UHGV virus genome: UHGV-0235137
Reading direction: 5' to 3' (one strand)
Origin: a virus
Length of the DNA stretch: 40,033 nt
In this document: positions 32,230 to 40,033 of the stretch, in pieces
Layout of the letters: each line of letters opens with the position of its first letter
How positions within the stretch are numbered: the first letter of the stretch is position 1
The notes under the pieces: generated by a model
Database searches by the model: none
Seen by the model: only the letters and a program-made list of their open reading frames with translations
What the model was told of the DNA's origin: nothing
Made by a program: the position numbers and the translations under genes

Positions 32230-33333
32230 TTACTCATAATCCCTAATAACTAGCCCAACAGGGAACTGTAAAGAACCCTTACGAGTCATCTTCTGGAACT
32301 GAACCGTTAGAGGCTTCCCGATAAACTCTTCAGGATGCTCAGCAAGATACTGTTTCTTCTCACGAGTAGTCTTCCATGAGACATCTACAAAGACGTTAGG
32401 AAGAGTCTCTACAACGAACTTGCCATGACCACGCTTATCAGTCTTTACACCAGTCACTTTAAACTCTTCAGTGTGCATCTTCTTGTGCTTAATCAAGAAG
32501 TATGAACGGTGACAACACTCATAGAAGGAGTCTTCAGAGATTGAACGGTACATTGCACCTTCAAACTTAGCCTCAACCCACTTATCATGAGCTTCATCAA
32601 ACTCTTCCCAAGAATTTACACGACGAGACTTAACAGGAACAACTTTACAGCCGTCTCTAAAGTCATTCAATGGTGAAGTCTCAATAATATCTCTACGCTC
32701 AGGCCATGTCTTAGTACTGTCACAGATATCGTACCAGTAAAACTTGAGCAAGTGTCTGTCAGAATTGTCTTCATTTTTAATCATAGAGACAATATCTTCT
32801 AAGTCCCACCCATGAGCATAAATCTCACCATCAAATTCATCAACATCTTTGTGGAGCCTTAACATTGCCATAATGTCAGGTATTAGTTCAGTAGGGATTT
32901 TGTAAACAGTATTTTCACGAGAGTATGCTGTGAATACACTGCCAATACTTAAGTGCCTTGAAATCCTACAACGGACACCATCAAGTTTCGGTTGAGCATC
33001 AGCAGGGAACTTCAGATACTTTGCATGGCTAACCTTTGCAGCATCATGAGCAAGCTGTACACCTACCTTTTCAGTATTCTGTGCAGACTCTTTTGTGTAA
33101 GCATAACCTTTACGGTCAACTTGCTTTTTATACTTAGCAGCAACTTCAAAGAGAGCTTGCTGCTCAGCGTTACGCTCATTCTTTTTACCGATGTTTTTAG
33201 GTTCTGCTGTATACTCTTCAAACATCATCTTGCCATTTTCTTTACCGTAGGTTGTAATAACTTTGTCACCTACAGCAACACATGACCAGACGTTAAAAGA
33301 GCCGTCTTTATTTTGTTTGTATAGAATTGTCAT
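32230..33333 (-). CDS. ATP-dependent DNA ligase
   Basis: adenylation motif I KLDGVR (PKLDGVRCR); size about 367 aa as in T7-type phage ligases. Confidence 0.9.
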   Translation of the reverse strand: MTILYKQNKDGSFNVWSCVAVGDKVITTYGKENGKMMFEEYTAEPKNIGKKNERNAEQQALFEVAAKYKKQVDRKGYAYTKESAQNTEKVGVQLAHDAAKVSHAKYLKFPADAQPKLDGVRCRISRHLSIGSVFTAYSRENTVYKIPTELIPDIMAMLRLHKDVDEFDGEIYAHGWDLEDIVSMIKNEDNSDRHLLKFYWYDICDSTKTWPERRDIIETSPLNDFRDGCKVVPVKSRRVNSWEEFDEAHDKWVEAKFEGAMYRSISEDSFYECCHRSYFLIKHKKMHTEEFKVTGVKTDKRGHGKFVVETLPNVFVDVSWKTTREKKQYLAEHPEEFIGKPLTVQFQKMTRKGSLQFPVGLVIRDYE

Positions 33334-33412
33334 TTATTTCTTGCCTCACAAGCTATACACCCTTTTGAATAGAATGAGTGCCAATCGCACCCACCAAAAT
33401 CTTCTTTGATGA

Positions 33413-33661
33413 TTAAATTGGATTTGTTGCTTTCTTGTATCTTTCGTAGTAATCTAAACATTTTTCATCCATATCGGCTATATACTGTTCGTAGTAATCG
33501 TCTATTCGTGGCTTCACAAAGGATGCTTTTGCCTTACAATAGTACTCCTCATAGGAGTAATTATTCATCCAAGAATTAAAAAGTAGTATGTTTTCGCCAC
33601 GCTTTGGTGGCATTCTTAAACTTTTCTTGTATAATTCCTTCATTTCTTGAGTTATCTTCAT
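33413..33661 (-). CDS. hypothetical protein
   Basis: 82-aa ORF. Confidence 0.5.
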   Translation of the reverse strand: MKITQEMKELYKKSLRMPPKRGENILLFNSWMNNYSYEEYYCKAKASFVKPRIDDYYEQYIADMDEKCLDYYERYKKATNPI

Positions 33662-33861
33662 TGCATATCCTTAATCTTACCTAAGAACCTTACACCACAA
33701 TTATTACACTCGTATATGTCTAAATTTGTGTTATCAGGTTTATGAAAACAGTTTGACCCACAACGACACCGGAATAGTTTACCATCAACACGGAGAATAA
33801 ATGTTTCAAGCTCACCCTCTTCTGTAAGGACGGCGTTCTTAAACTTATCTTCTACAGTCAT
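33658..33861 (-). CDS. small zinc-ribbon protein (hypothetical)
   Basis: CRCGSNC ... CNNCG cysteine pairs. Confidence 0.5.
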   Translation of the reverse strand: MTVEDKFKNAVLTEEGELETFILRVDGKLFRCRCGSNCFHKPDNTNLDIYECNNCGVRFLGKIKDMQ

Positions 33862-34064
33862 TTTCTCTTACCACCAATCTCTACGTCGATAACCTGAACA
33901 TCACCAGCAACATCAAACTTATGAATGATGCTTCCCACAGTGTAAGTCCAACCCTCGATTCGAACCAACTCACCTTCTCGTGGGACGATTGGATTACGTT
34001 GAGCTACGGTTGTAGTGGAGTGAACAACATCATAACAATAGATATAGTTTACTAGGACTTCCAT
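33858..34064 (-). CDS. hypothetical protein
   Basis: ORF-track 33858-34163 trimmed to the internal ATG at 34064, which has a GAGGT RBS and removes the overlap with the lipoprotein gene. Confidence 0.45.
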   Translation of the reverse strand: MEVLVNYIYCYDVVHSTTTVAQRNPIVPREGELVRIEGWTYTVGSIIHKFDVAGDVQVIDVEIGGKRK

Positions 34065-34074
34065 CGTGAAAACC

Positions 34075-34311
34075 TCACTCAATAACCGTAGTATGTGATT
34101 GACCATTTTTACCATATTTATAAGATGTTGTTGTTTGAGAGTTTGGACATCTGACAACAACAATATCTATGCTTACAGTATCTCCATATAGCTTATAGAC
34201 CTTGCAATCTTGCATCTCTGGTGGGAGGCTATAAGAAGCATTCTTATCTTCATAAGAAGGGTTACAACCAGTTAGAAAAATAACACCAAGTGCAATTATT
34301 ACTTTCCACAT
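34075..34311 (-). CDS. small lipoprotein (signal peptide with lipobox LTGC)
   Basis: N-terminus MWKVIIALGVIFLTGC: positively charged start, hydrophobic core, L-T-G-C lipobox. Confidence 0.6.
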   Translation of the reverse strand: MWKVIIALGVIFLTGCNPSYEDKNASYSLPPEMQDCKVYKLYGDTVSIDIVVVRCPNSQTTTSYKYGKNGQSHTTVIE

Positions 34312-34326
34312 AACACATCTCCTGTT

Positions 34327-34482
34327 TTATTGTTCACGATGTTCTACTTCTCTGTATGTACGCCGGTAGTTTATGATGAGAGGTGCTAATTCGTTGCTTT
34401 TAACATTAGAACGTAACAATTGCCAATCAAAACCTTTGGCGACTCTGCCATATAAATTGAAAAACTTTGCTTTGCGTTTCAT
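34327..34482 (-). CDS. unlisted small ORF (51 aa), candidate
   Basis: hand translation MKRKAKFFNLYGRVAKGFDWQLLRSNVKSNELAPLIINYRRTYREVEHREQ; GGAG RBS 9 nt upstream; below ORF-track length cutoff. Confidence 0.35.
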   Translation of the reverse strand: MKRKAKFFNLYGRVAKGFDWQLLRSNVKSNELAPLIINYRRTYREVEHREQ

Positions 34483-34500
34483 TTTTGGTGTCTCCAATAC

Positions 34501-34713
34501 TCAAAAGTTAATATTAATACGTTCACCCTTAAGGACTCCTGTACGGTCTCTTGCAATCTTACCGTCAACAATGAGGATATGCGCAGACTTTAAAGATTCA
34601 CTATTAAAACCTTTTACGAACTTACTAGGCATCACCACAATAAGCATCTCTTGAATCAACTCTGGAGTATAGCAATTGTCGTGAAGTTGCTGAATAACGT
34701 CTGCAAGTGTCAT
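34501..34713 (-). CDS. hypothetical protein
   Basis: ORF-track 34501-34728 trimmed to the ATG at 34713, preceded by GGAG and overlapping the upstream stop in ATGA. Confidence 0.5.
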   Translation of the reverse strand: MTLADVIQQLHDNCYTPELIQEMLIVVMPSKFVKGFNSESLKSAHILIVDGKIARDRTGVLKGERININF

Positions 34714-34919
34714 TTTTGATGTCTCCAATATTCAATGTCAATAAGTTCTTGTGCAATGCTTTTCAGATTACCTTTCAAGAAAACCTTCTCAGAACCTGAA
34801 AGAGATGAATTGTCAATTAACCTGTTCATTCTCTCAAACAACTTCTGTTTACGATTCTTGATAGTTTCCTTTGAAGCACCTTTCATCATTGCTGCATGGG
34901 TTCTTCCACGGTGGCTCAT
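34710..34919 (-). CDS. hypothetical small basic protein
   Basis: 69-aa ORF. Confidence 0.5.
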   Translation of the reverse strand: MSHRGRTHAAMMKGASKETIKNRKQKLFERMNRLIDNSSLSGSEKVFLKGNLKSIAQELIDIEYWRHQK

Positions 34920-34970
34920 AAGCCCTCCTATATAAGATATTGTATAAGGTACTCTTCCATGAGCACCTTG

Positions 34971-35483
34971 TCAACTTAGTTTTGCAAACTCTCCGTGGAG
35001 TTTCATAGCAGCTTCACAGTAAGCTTTATGGGCTTCTTCTTCTGTTATGTATGTCCCTATATGCACTGTCTTGCCATTATGGTTAACCTGTGCTTTCCAC
35101 TTACCAGATTTGCTTCTACTTGTACCTTTCAAGTTTTTTGATGTTCTAGGTTGTCCCCTATTAGACATGTTCTGTTCTTTTGTGGCCTCTCTAAGATTGT
35201 TCCAAGCATTATTCAAACCATCTCCATCTTTGTGGTCAATGTGTTTATCAGGCCACTTACCTGTCATCCAGAACCAAGCAATTCGGTGATTACCTGTTCT
35301 GTATCCTAGAATCTGTGTGTGCATATACACACCAGACCTTGTGCGCTTGATTGCTCCGGCTTTGCTTCCAATAACCACTCTACTACTATGTGGAGGTCTT
35401 CCAATCCATGTTAAGACCCCTGTTTCGGGGTCATAGTCTAACCAAGATTTTAACTGTTCATGTGTGAATCCACAATCCCGCAT
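34971..35483 (-). CDS. HNH homing endonuclease with AP2-like DNA-binding domain
   Basis: HIDHKDGDGLNNAWNNLREAT HNH motif; C-terminal GKWKAQV...HIGTY...EEAHKAY AP2-like segment; directly downstream of the polymerase gene. Confidence 0.8.
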   Translation of the reverse strand: MRDCGFTHEQLKSWLDYDPETGVLTWIGRPPHSSRVVIGSKAGAIKRTRSGVYMHTQILGYRTGNHRIAWFWMTGKWPDKHIDHKDGDGLNNAWNNLREATKEQNMSNRGQPRTSKNLKGTSRSKSGKWKAQVNHNGKTVHIGTYITEEEAHKAYCEAAMKLHGEFAKLS

Positions 35484-38182
35484 CAGTGTACCTCATACCA
35501 CGATTTACCAACCTTACCAGTACCTGTAACAAGCGTTTCTTTCTTAAGACCTAAGTTCTTAGAAGCTTGTCCATAATACCAGTCAGTAACTGCTTTCACA
35601 TCTGCCGTCATACTTTCTGGACATTCCCAACTCGTCTCATCGTGATATGCGCAGAGCAAACGAGCACCAATAGCTGGTTGACGACCATTCAACTTCATCA
35701 AACCTTCGTCAATCATACGACGACAAGCAAGGTTAATTGCCTCATTTTGAATCTGAGCCTCTGAACCCATCAAAAGATAGTTCAACAGTTTGTGTGGAGA
35801 TTTACACCACAACCAAGCTCCAGCAACCTTTACAAAACCACCTTTAGAGATTGCAGCAGTCTTACCAAACACCTCTTCAAGTGCCTTCTTAGTTGCTTTG
35901 TAGTCAGCTTCCAAGTCATCTAGCAGCTTCTTAATCTTAGGCAAACGGATAAAGTAAGTCTGCTTAGTCAGTGCACCTTCCTGAGTAGTTGCAGCTTTAA
36001 TCGTCTTAGCAAACTTCTCATCACCTGCACCGAACAGCAGTGCATAGATACCATTCTTAGCTTTCTTACGACCCTTGCTAATCTCATGGAGAAGGTTCTC
36101 ATCCTGAGTAGCTCGACAAGTCAAGATATCCTGCTCATCATTCAAGCTAAAGTAAATACTGTTCAGTGTGTGTGCATCAGTCCCTGAATAGACAACGTAA
36201 AGGTCGTTCTCAGAGTCATAGCGAAGGTACTTATCAATCTCTGGGTTGAGGTACTCATCAAAGTGTTTGCAGTAATAGCGTCCATCTTCTTGACGAATAA
36301 ACTCAATCTCTTCTTTACCTTGCGTTACCGCTTTGGTGAAGTCTTTGTCACCCATAAAGTTACAAAGAAGAACTAGCTGGGCTGAGTTCATGTCTACAGA
36401 GACAACGTTAGTACCTTCTTCACAAATCCACACTGCCCTCATTGGTTCCCCATAGACAGCAGCACCAGACGGTACGTTTACAATACCATATTGTGTCATA
36501 CGTCCAGTTGAAGTACCAAACACCATTGCACCAGCACTAAGGCGACCATCAGGACGAATCTGGTTCAACCAACCTTTTTCATCATCCTTTGAGTTCTCAA
36601 TAGTTCTGCGTCGGTGCATCAAAGTATAGTACTTAGCAATTTTCTGTCCAAGCTCACCTTCAATCGTATCATAAGATGACTCAGTAAGTTTTGGTGAAGT
36701 ACGGATTAAGCAAGGTTCAAGCAAATCTGTGTACTTCTTAACAGACCAGTTATGCTCAATGTACTGGACACCTTCATGTTCAACATAACTCAAACCACAC
36801 CGTTCAACCATCTCCTGCCATTTAGGATGCTTTGTAATCATCTTTTTGTTGTCTTTGAAGCGACAAACCTTAACAGGACGACCATCAGAGTCTTTCTTAT
36901 AGTTCCAGTCATCTGGAATCCAACCAACTGATTTCAAGTAGTCTTTAACAACTGCTACCTGAGTCATACGAGAAACTTCGAACTCAATTGGTGTATATGG
37001 TGCATCAATCAAACCTGTGTAGCGACTTGACTCAAGTTCAAAGTGGTTAACAACATGACTGTTATAGTACTTCACAGTTTTAACTGTTTTTACTGGCTTC
37101 CAGTCTTTGCATTTCTTACCAATCTTTGCGTTCAACTCATTGCAAATTGCACGAGCATCCTTCATTGCTACAAAGCCTTCCTTGTACTCTTCACCAGTTA
37201 CAGAGTTGGTTGGTGTATAGCAATTCCGCTTTTCAATGTTAAAAATCTTGGTAGTTGGTTTACCAAATGGCTTGATTTCATATGTCTGCATCTCACCATT
37301 ACGTACCTGCTGACGATACTTTGTCTTAGGGTACTTAGTAATTCTCTTCAGTCCATCTGCATGACCGAATGCTTCAACATACTCATTCCAAGCTTTTGCA
37401 AATTCTTCTCCAGTAACTTTACCTTTGGTCTTAATAGTTGGTGGAAGGTGTGGTTCAACTTCTGAAGCAAGCTCATTAGTCAACTTGTCAAGTTCCTTTA
37501 CATGGAACTCCATAAGTTCTTTATCAGCTTTCCAACCATTAATAGCTTGTTGACTCATCCAGAAAGATGTTTCTTTAGCTCGCATGTAGGTTTCATAAGT
37601 ATCTACGCCACACTTCTTCAGCTTAAGATATTCATTATCCAGTGCACGTTTAGTTTTGGCGTTAATACGGATATCTTCCACAACACGAGTGAATATTTCT
37701 GCATTCCACACACCCCAATGTTCAATCTCTGGTTTACGGACACCAACACGAGCACCCCATGCTGCCAAGCCATGAGCACCCTTATAGCCCTTTGGAGTTG
37801 GTCTATCCATCCACTGAACACGAGACTGGATAAGAGAATCCTGAAAGAAATTACTCCACGGCTTACACTTTGGATTATCAAAGTTCCACAAATCAGGTGC
37901 AATGTGATTGAAAACCCACCAGTCATATCCCAGACCATTATGGATGCAAAGTCGTTTTGCCTTTAACGCAAACTCAACACCTTCACGCAAGCCACCCTTA
38001 ATGTACTTGGTATACTTGTGACCGAGGATAGGCTCATCTGTAAAGACCCATACAGGTGGCTCTTCATCGTCAGATTTATAGTCTGCGAAAGCCATTACGT
38101 GCACTTTAGTGAACTCAAGGAGTAAACCATCAGTTTCTGTATCACCAACTAAATGTAAGTTTTTAAAATCTACGTTTTCCAT
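35483..38182 (-). CDS. DNA polymerase, family A (Pol I / T7 gp5-like) with 3'-5' exonuclease domain
   Basis: exo motif DTETDG; motif A-like SVDMNSAQL; motif B-like KKAKNGIYALLFGAG; motif C YHDE; start set at the ATG (38182) preceded by AGGGAG. Confidence 0.9.
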   Translation of the reverse strand: MENVDFKNLHLVGDTETDGLLLEFTKVHVMAFADYKSDDEEPPVWVFTDEPILGHKYTKYIKGGLREGVEFALKAKRLCIHNGLGYDWWVFNHIAPDLWNFDNPKCKPWSNFFQDSLIQSRVQWMDRPTPKGYKGAHGLAAWGARVGVRKPEIEHWGVWNAEIFTRVVEDIRINAKTKRALDNEYLKLKKCGVDTYETYMRAKETSFWMSQQAINGWKADKELMEFHVKELDKLTNELASEVEPHLPPTIKTKGKVTGEEFAKAWNEYVEAFGHADGLKRITKYPKTKYRQQVRNGEMQTYEIKPFGKPTTKIFNIEKRNCYTPTNSVTGEEYKEGFVAMKDARAICNELNAKIGKKCKDWKPVKTVKTVKYYNSHVVNHFELESSRYTGLIDAPYTPIEFEVSRMTQVAVVKDYLKSVGWIPDDWNYKKDSDGRPVKVCRFKDNKKMITKHPKWQEMVERCGLSYVEHEGVQYIEHNWSVKKYTDLLEPCLIRTSPKLTESSYDTIEGELGQKIAKYYTLMHRRRTIENSKDDEKGWLNQIRPDGRLSAGAMVFGTSTGRMTQYGIVNVPSGAAVYGEPMRAVWICEEGTNVVSVDMNSAQLVLLCNFMGDKDFTKAVTQGKEEIEFIRQEDGRYYCKHFDEYLNPEIDKYLRYDSENDLYVVYSGTDAHTLNSIYFSLNDEQDILTCRATQDENLLHEISKGRKKAKNGIYALLFGAGDEKFAKTIKAATTQEGALTKQTYFIRLPKIKKLLDDLEADYKATKKALEEVFGKTAAISKGGFVKVAGAWLWCKSPHKLLNYLLMGSEAQIQNEAINLACRRMIDEGLMKLNGRQPAIGARLLCAYHDETSWECPESMTADVKAVTDWYYGQASKNLGLKKETLVTGTGKVGKSWYEVH

Positions 38183-38242
38183 TTTTACTCCCTCTAAAAT
38201 CATTAACCTCATACATTACTGCAAAAAATTATAAAAAGCAAG

Positions 38243-38271
38243 TTGACAATGTACTTGACAAGGTGTTAATC
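38243..38271 (+). promoter_or_regulatory. possible rightward promoter (TTGACA, 16-17 bp spacer, GTTAAT/TTAATC)
   Basis: two TTGACA hexamers at 38243 and 38255 in the divergent intergenic region. Confidence 0.35.
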
Positions 38272-38439
38272 TTTGCGAAGTGGGTTTTTACTTAAAAGGT
38301 TACTTAACAGTTTAACTATACAGATACTTTAAAACTCTTAAAAGATTATTTAATAGCTTTTAAAAAGCTTTAAAGTATAACGTATAGAATACGTTAAGAT
38401 AAAAGATTAAAACTTAATAGTTACTTAAAAGAGGCTTAC

Positions 38440-38862
38440 ATGCAGAAAATGTTTGTTCACCCAGACATAGCTGACTTTGTTAGAGCTTTGCAGAAGTTGG
38501 AAGAACTTGACATTGCTGCTCAACGGGAATATGCTCACCATCACAGGAGAATGGTTGATATACAACATGAAATAGAGTTGTCTGAAAACTATGAAGATGA
38601 CTTAAAATGCTCTGTATTTGAGCATATGAAAGATGTTGCTACAGCGAGACGTAAAGCTAAAGACACAGTTGCTTTACTTGATTCTCTTAAAAAGAGGTTG
38701 CAAAGTGGTACAGACCTGTGTAATCTAGCGTCACTGATTAACGATGTTGAGACTTCTTGGGATAGACATTACTATCCACGTTCTGAAAAGACACTTGACT
38801 TTTCTTCATCAGAAAACTTAAAATGTTCTAGAAAGAAACTTAACCAACTGAGAGAGAAATAA
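38440..38862 (+). CDS. hypothetical protein
   Basis: 140-aa ORF with GAGG RBS. Confidence 0.55.
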   Translation: MQKMFVHPDIADFVRALQKLEELDIAAQREYAHHHRRMVDIQHEIELSENYEDDLKCSVFEHMKDVATARRKAKDTVALLDSLKKRLQSGTDLCNLASLINDVETSWDRHYYPRSEKTLDFSSSENLKCSRKKLNQLREK

Positions 38863-38863
38863 T

Positions 38864-39676
38864 ATGAACACTACTGTAGACCAAATGCTTAAAGAAAAAG
38901 GTATTGACGAAGCATTCTTAATCAATGCCGTAGAAAGCATGGCTATAATTCTTCGTGGAAACAACTACACAGAACAGTTTATGCCTGCAAGCTATAACTT
39001 GCCTAAAGACAAGTCTGATAACGGTGCTTTTGCAGAGCAGGTAAATATGATGCTGTGTGACAAAACACTTGCTTTAGCATCTATTGTTGTAGGTGTTGAT
39101 GCTCTTGCAGAGTTCATTTTTTATGAGATGCAGAAAAATGACTATATTGCCATGACCTCTGAAGAAAAAGACTCGCTACTGCTCTTAGGTTATGATGAGC
39201 TAGTTAACCTATTAATTTCGTCAACGAGTGCTGTTATGGCTGCTCTTGAGAAGCGCATGGAAGAGAAGCTGTCACGATATGAAAAACTTGATTGGGGTGT
39301 AGAAGAGTTAAACCCACGAATCAAAGAGATTATCCAGCAAACTAAAGACTCTTTAGCAGAAGCTGTGAAAGATGATTCTGTAGCTGATGTAGAACCACTA
39401 CAGGTGAAAGTTGCATTGATGATTCCAGCTATCTCTATGATGATGAATATCGTTGCACTAATCCAACTTTCACAGATGATGGGTACAAGCATTGAGTTCA
39501 TTGAGAGCATGACTGGTGGTGTGAGTATGCAAGCAATCAATGATGTTTTGGTAAGCATCGGTGCTTCAATCATTGAAGAGAAGCTTCGTATTAACTTCGG
39601 CGATGATTTTGTGAAGCAAATCTCGGCTATGGCTGAAAAAGAGCACTCACAAATTACTAGTGACCAACTGCACTAA
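38864..39676 (+). CDS. hypothetical protein
   Basis: 270-aa ORF immediately downstream. Confidence 0.55.
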   Translation: MNTTVDQMLKEKGIDEAFLINAVESMAIILRGNNYTEQFMPASYNLPKDKSDNGAFAEQVNMMLCDKTLALASIVVGVDALAEFIFYEMQKNDYIAMTSEEKDSLLLLGYDELVNLLISSTSAVMAALEKRMEEKLSRYEKLDWGVEELNPRIKEIIQQTKDSLAEAVKDDSVADVEPLQVKVALMIPAISMMMNIVALIQLSQMMGTSIEFIESMTGGVSMQAINDVLVSIGASIIEEKLRINFGDDFVKQISAMAEKEHSQITSDQLH

Positions 39677-39737
39677 ATCTTTATAAATCTTACAAGCCTC
39701 CTTAGTTGGGGGCTTTTTAGTAATTAAGGGAGACAAA

Positions 39738-40033
39738 ATGAGTAATATTATCGCATTTACTGGAAAGGCACGTTCTGGAAAAGATACCTCATGCTCTATT
39801 GTTAAGAATATCCTAGAAGATGAGTATGGCTACAATGTTGCAGTAATGGCCTATGCAGACAATCTTAAGCTATCTGCATCAAAGATATTTGACTTGACGT
39901 GGAATGACCTGTACGGTGAAACTAAAGAGACTCCACAGGTTTTTGATTTATCATACTCTGAACTTATGTTTAAAGTTACAGAAGCTATGGAGTTTACCTT
40001 CAGGGGCGAACGTTATCATACGGACTTCAAACT
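39738..40033 (+). CDS. P-loop nucleotide kinase, dNMP-kinase-like (3' truncated by window end)
   Basis: N-terminal IAFTGKARSGKDT Walker A motif; AAGGGAG RBS; reading frame open to the window edge. Confidence 0.55.
   Translation, partial: MSNIIAFTGKARSGKDTSCSIVKNILEDEYGYNVAVMAYADNLKLSASKIFDLTWNDLYGETKETPQVFDLSYSELMFKVTEAMEFTFRGERYHTDFK

Noticed and set aside
34373-34654. ORF 34373-34654 (+)
   Set aside because: Antisense to the small - strand ORFs (34327-34482 and 34501-34713) that have proper RBSs.
38183-38212. N-terminal extension of the polymerase ORF (MRLMILEGVK)
   Set aside because: The ATG at 38182 is preceded by AGGGAG at ideal spacing; the upstream start has no RBS.

Overview
This window reads as a fragment of a tailed-phage genome (about 38-40% GC, no rRNA, CRISPR array, integrase or transposase recognised). 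It has three parts. (1) Positions 1-4720 hold a dense tRNA array of about 22 tRNA or tRNA-like genes on the + strand, interrupted by two paralogous HNH endonuclease genes and a 245-aa Ser/Thr-rich ORF; the spacers carry repeated stem motifs, a near-consensus sigma70-type promoter and intrinsic terminators. (2) Positions 4844-28278 are a + strand morphogenesis module: terminase large subunit, portal, an S49-like prohead protease fused to a scaffold-like tail, an E-like major capsid protein, then a contractile-tail-like block (sheath and tube candidates, a chaperone pair with a -1 frameshift site, tape measure, baseplate candidates) and two paralogous tail fibres with His-rich HxH repeats, followed by two small membrane proteins. 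(3) Positions 28315-38182 are a - strand early/replication module: thymidylate synthase, dihydrofolate reductase, a run of small ORFs including an HTH regulator, ATP-dependent DNA ligase, more small ORFs including a lipoprotein, an HNH-AP2 homing endonuclease and a family A DNA polymerase; the window ends with + strand genes including a truncated dNMP-kinase-like gene. The most interesting candidates are the tRNA array itself (duplicated tRNA-Lys with compensatory acceptor-stem changes, non-canonical tRNA-like genes, repeated spacer stems) and a promoter/inverted-repeat -> small ORFs -> HTH arrangement that resembles anti-defence loci. All calls were made by eye from the sequence and the ORF track; no search or folding program was run, so tRNA ends and anticodons may be off by a few nucleotides.
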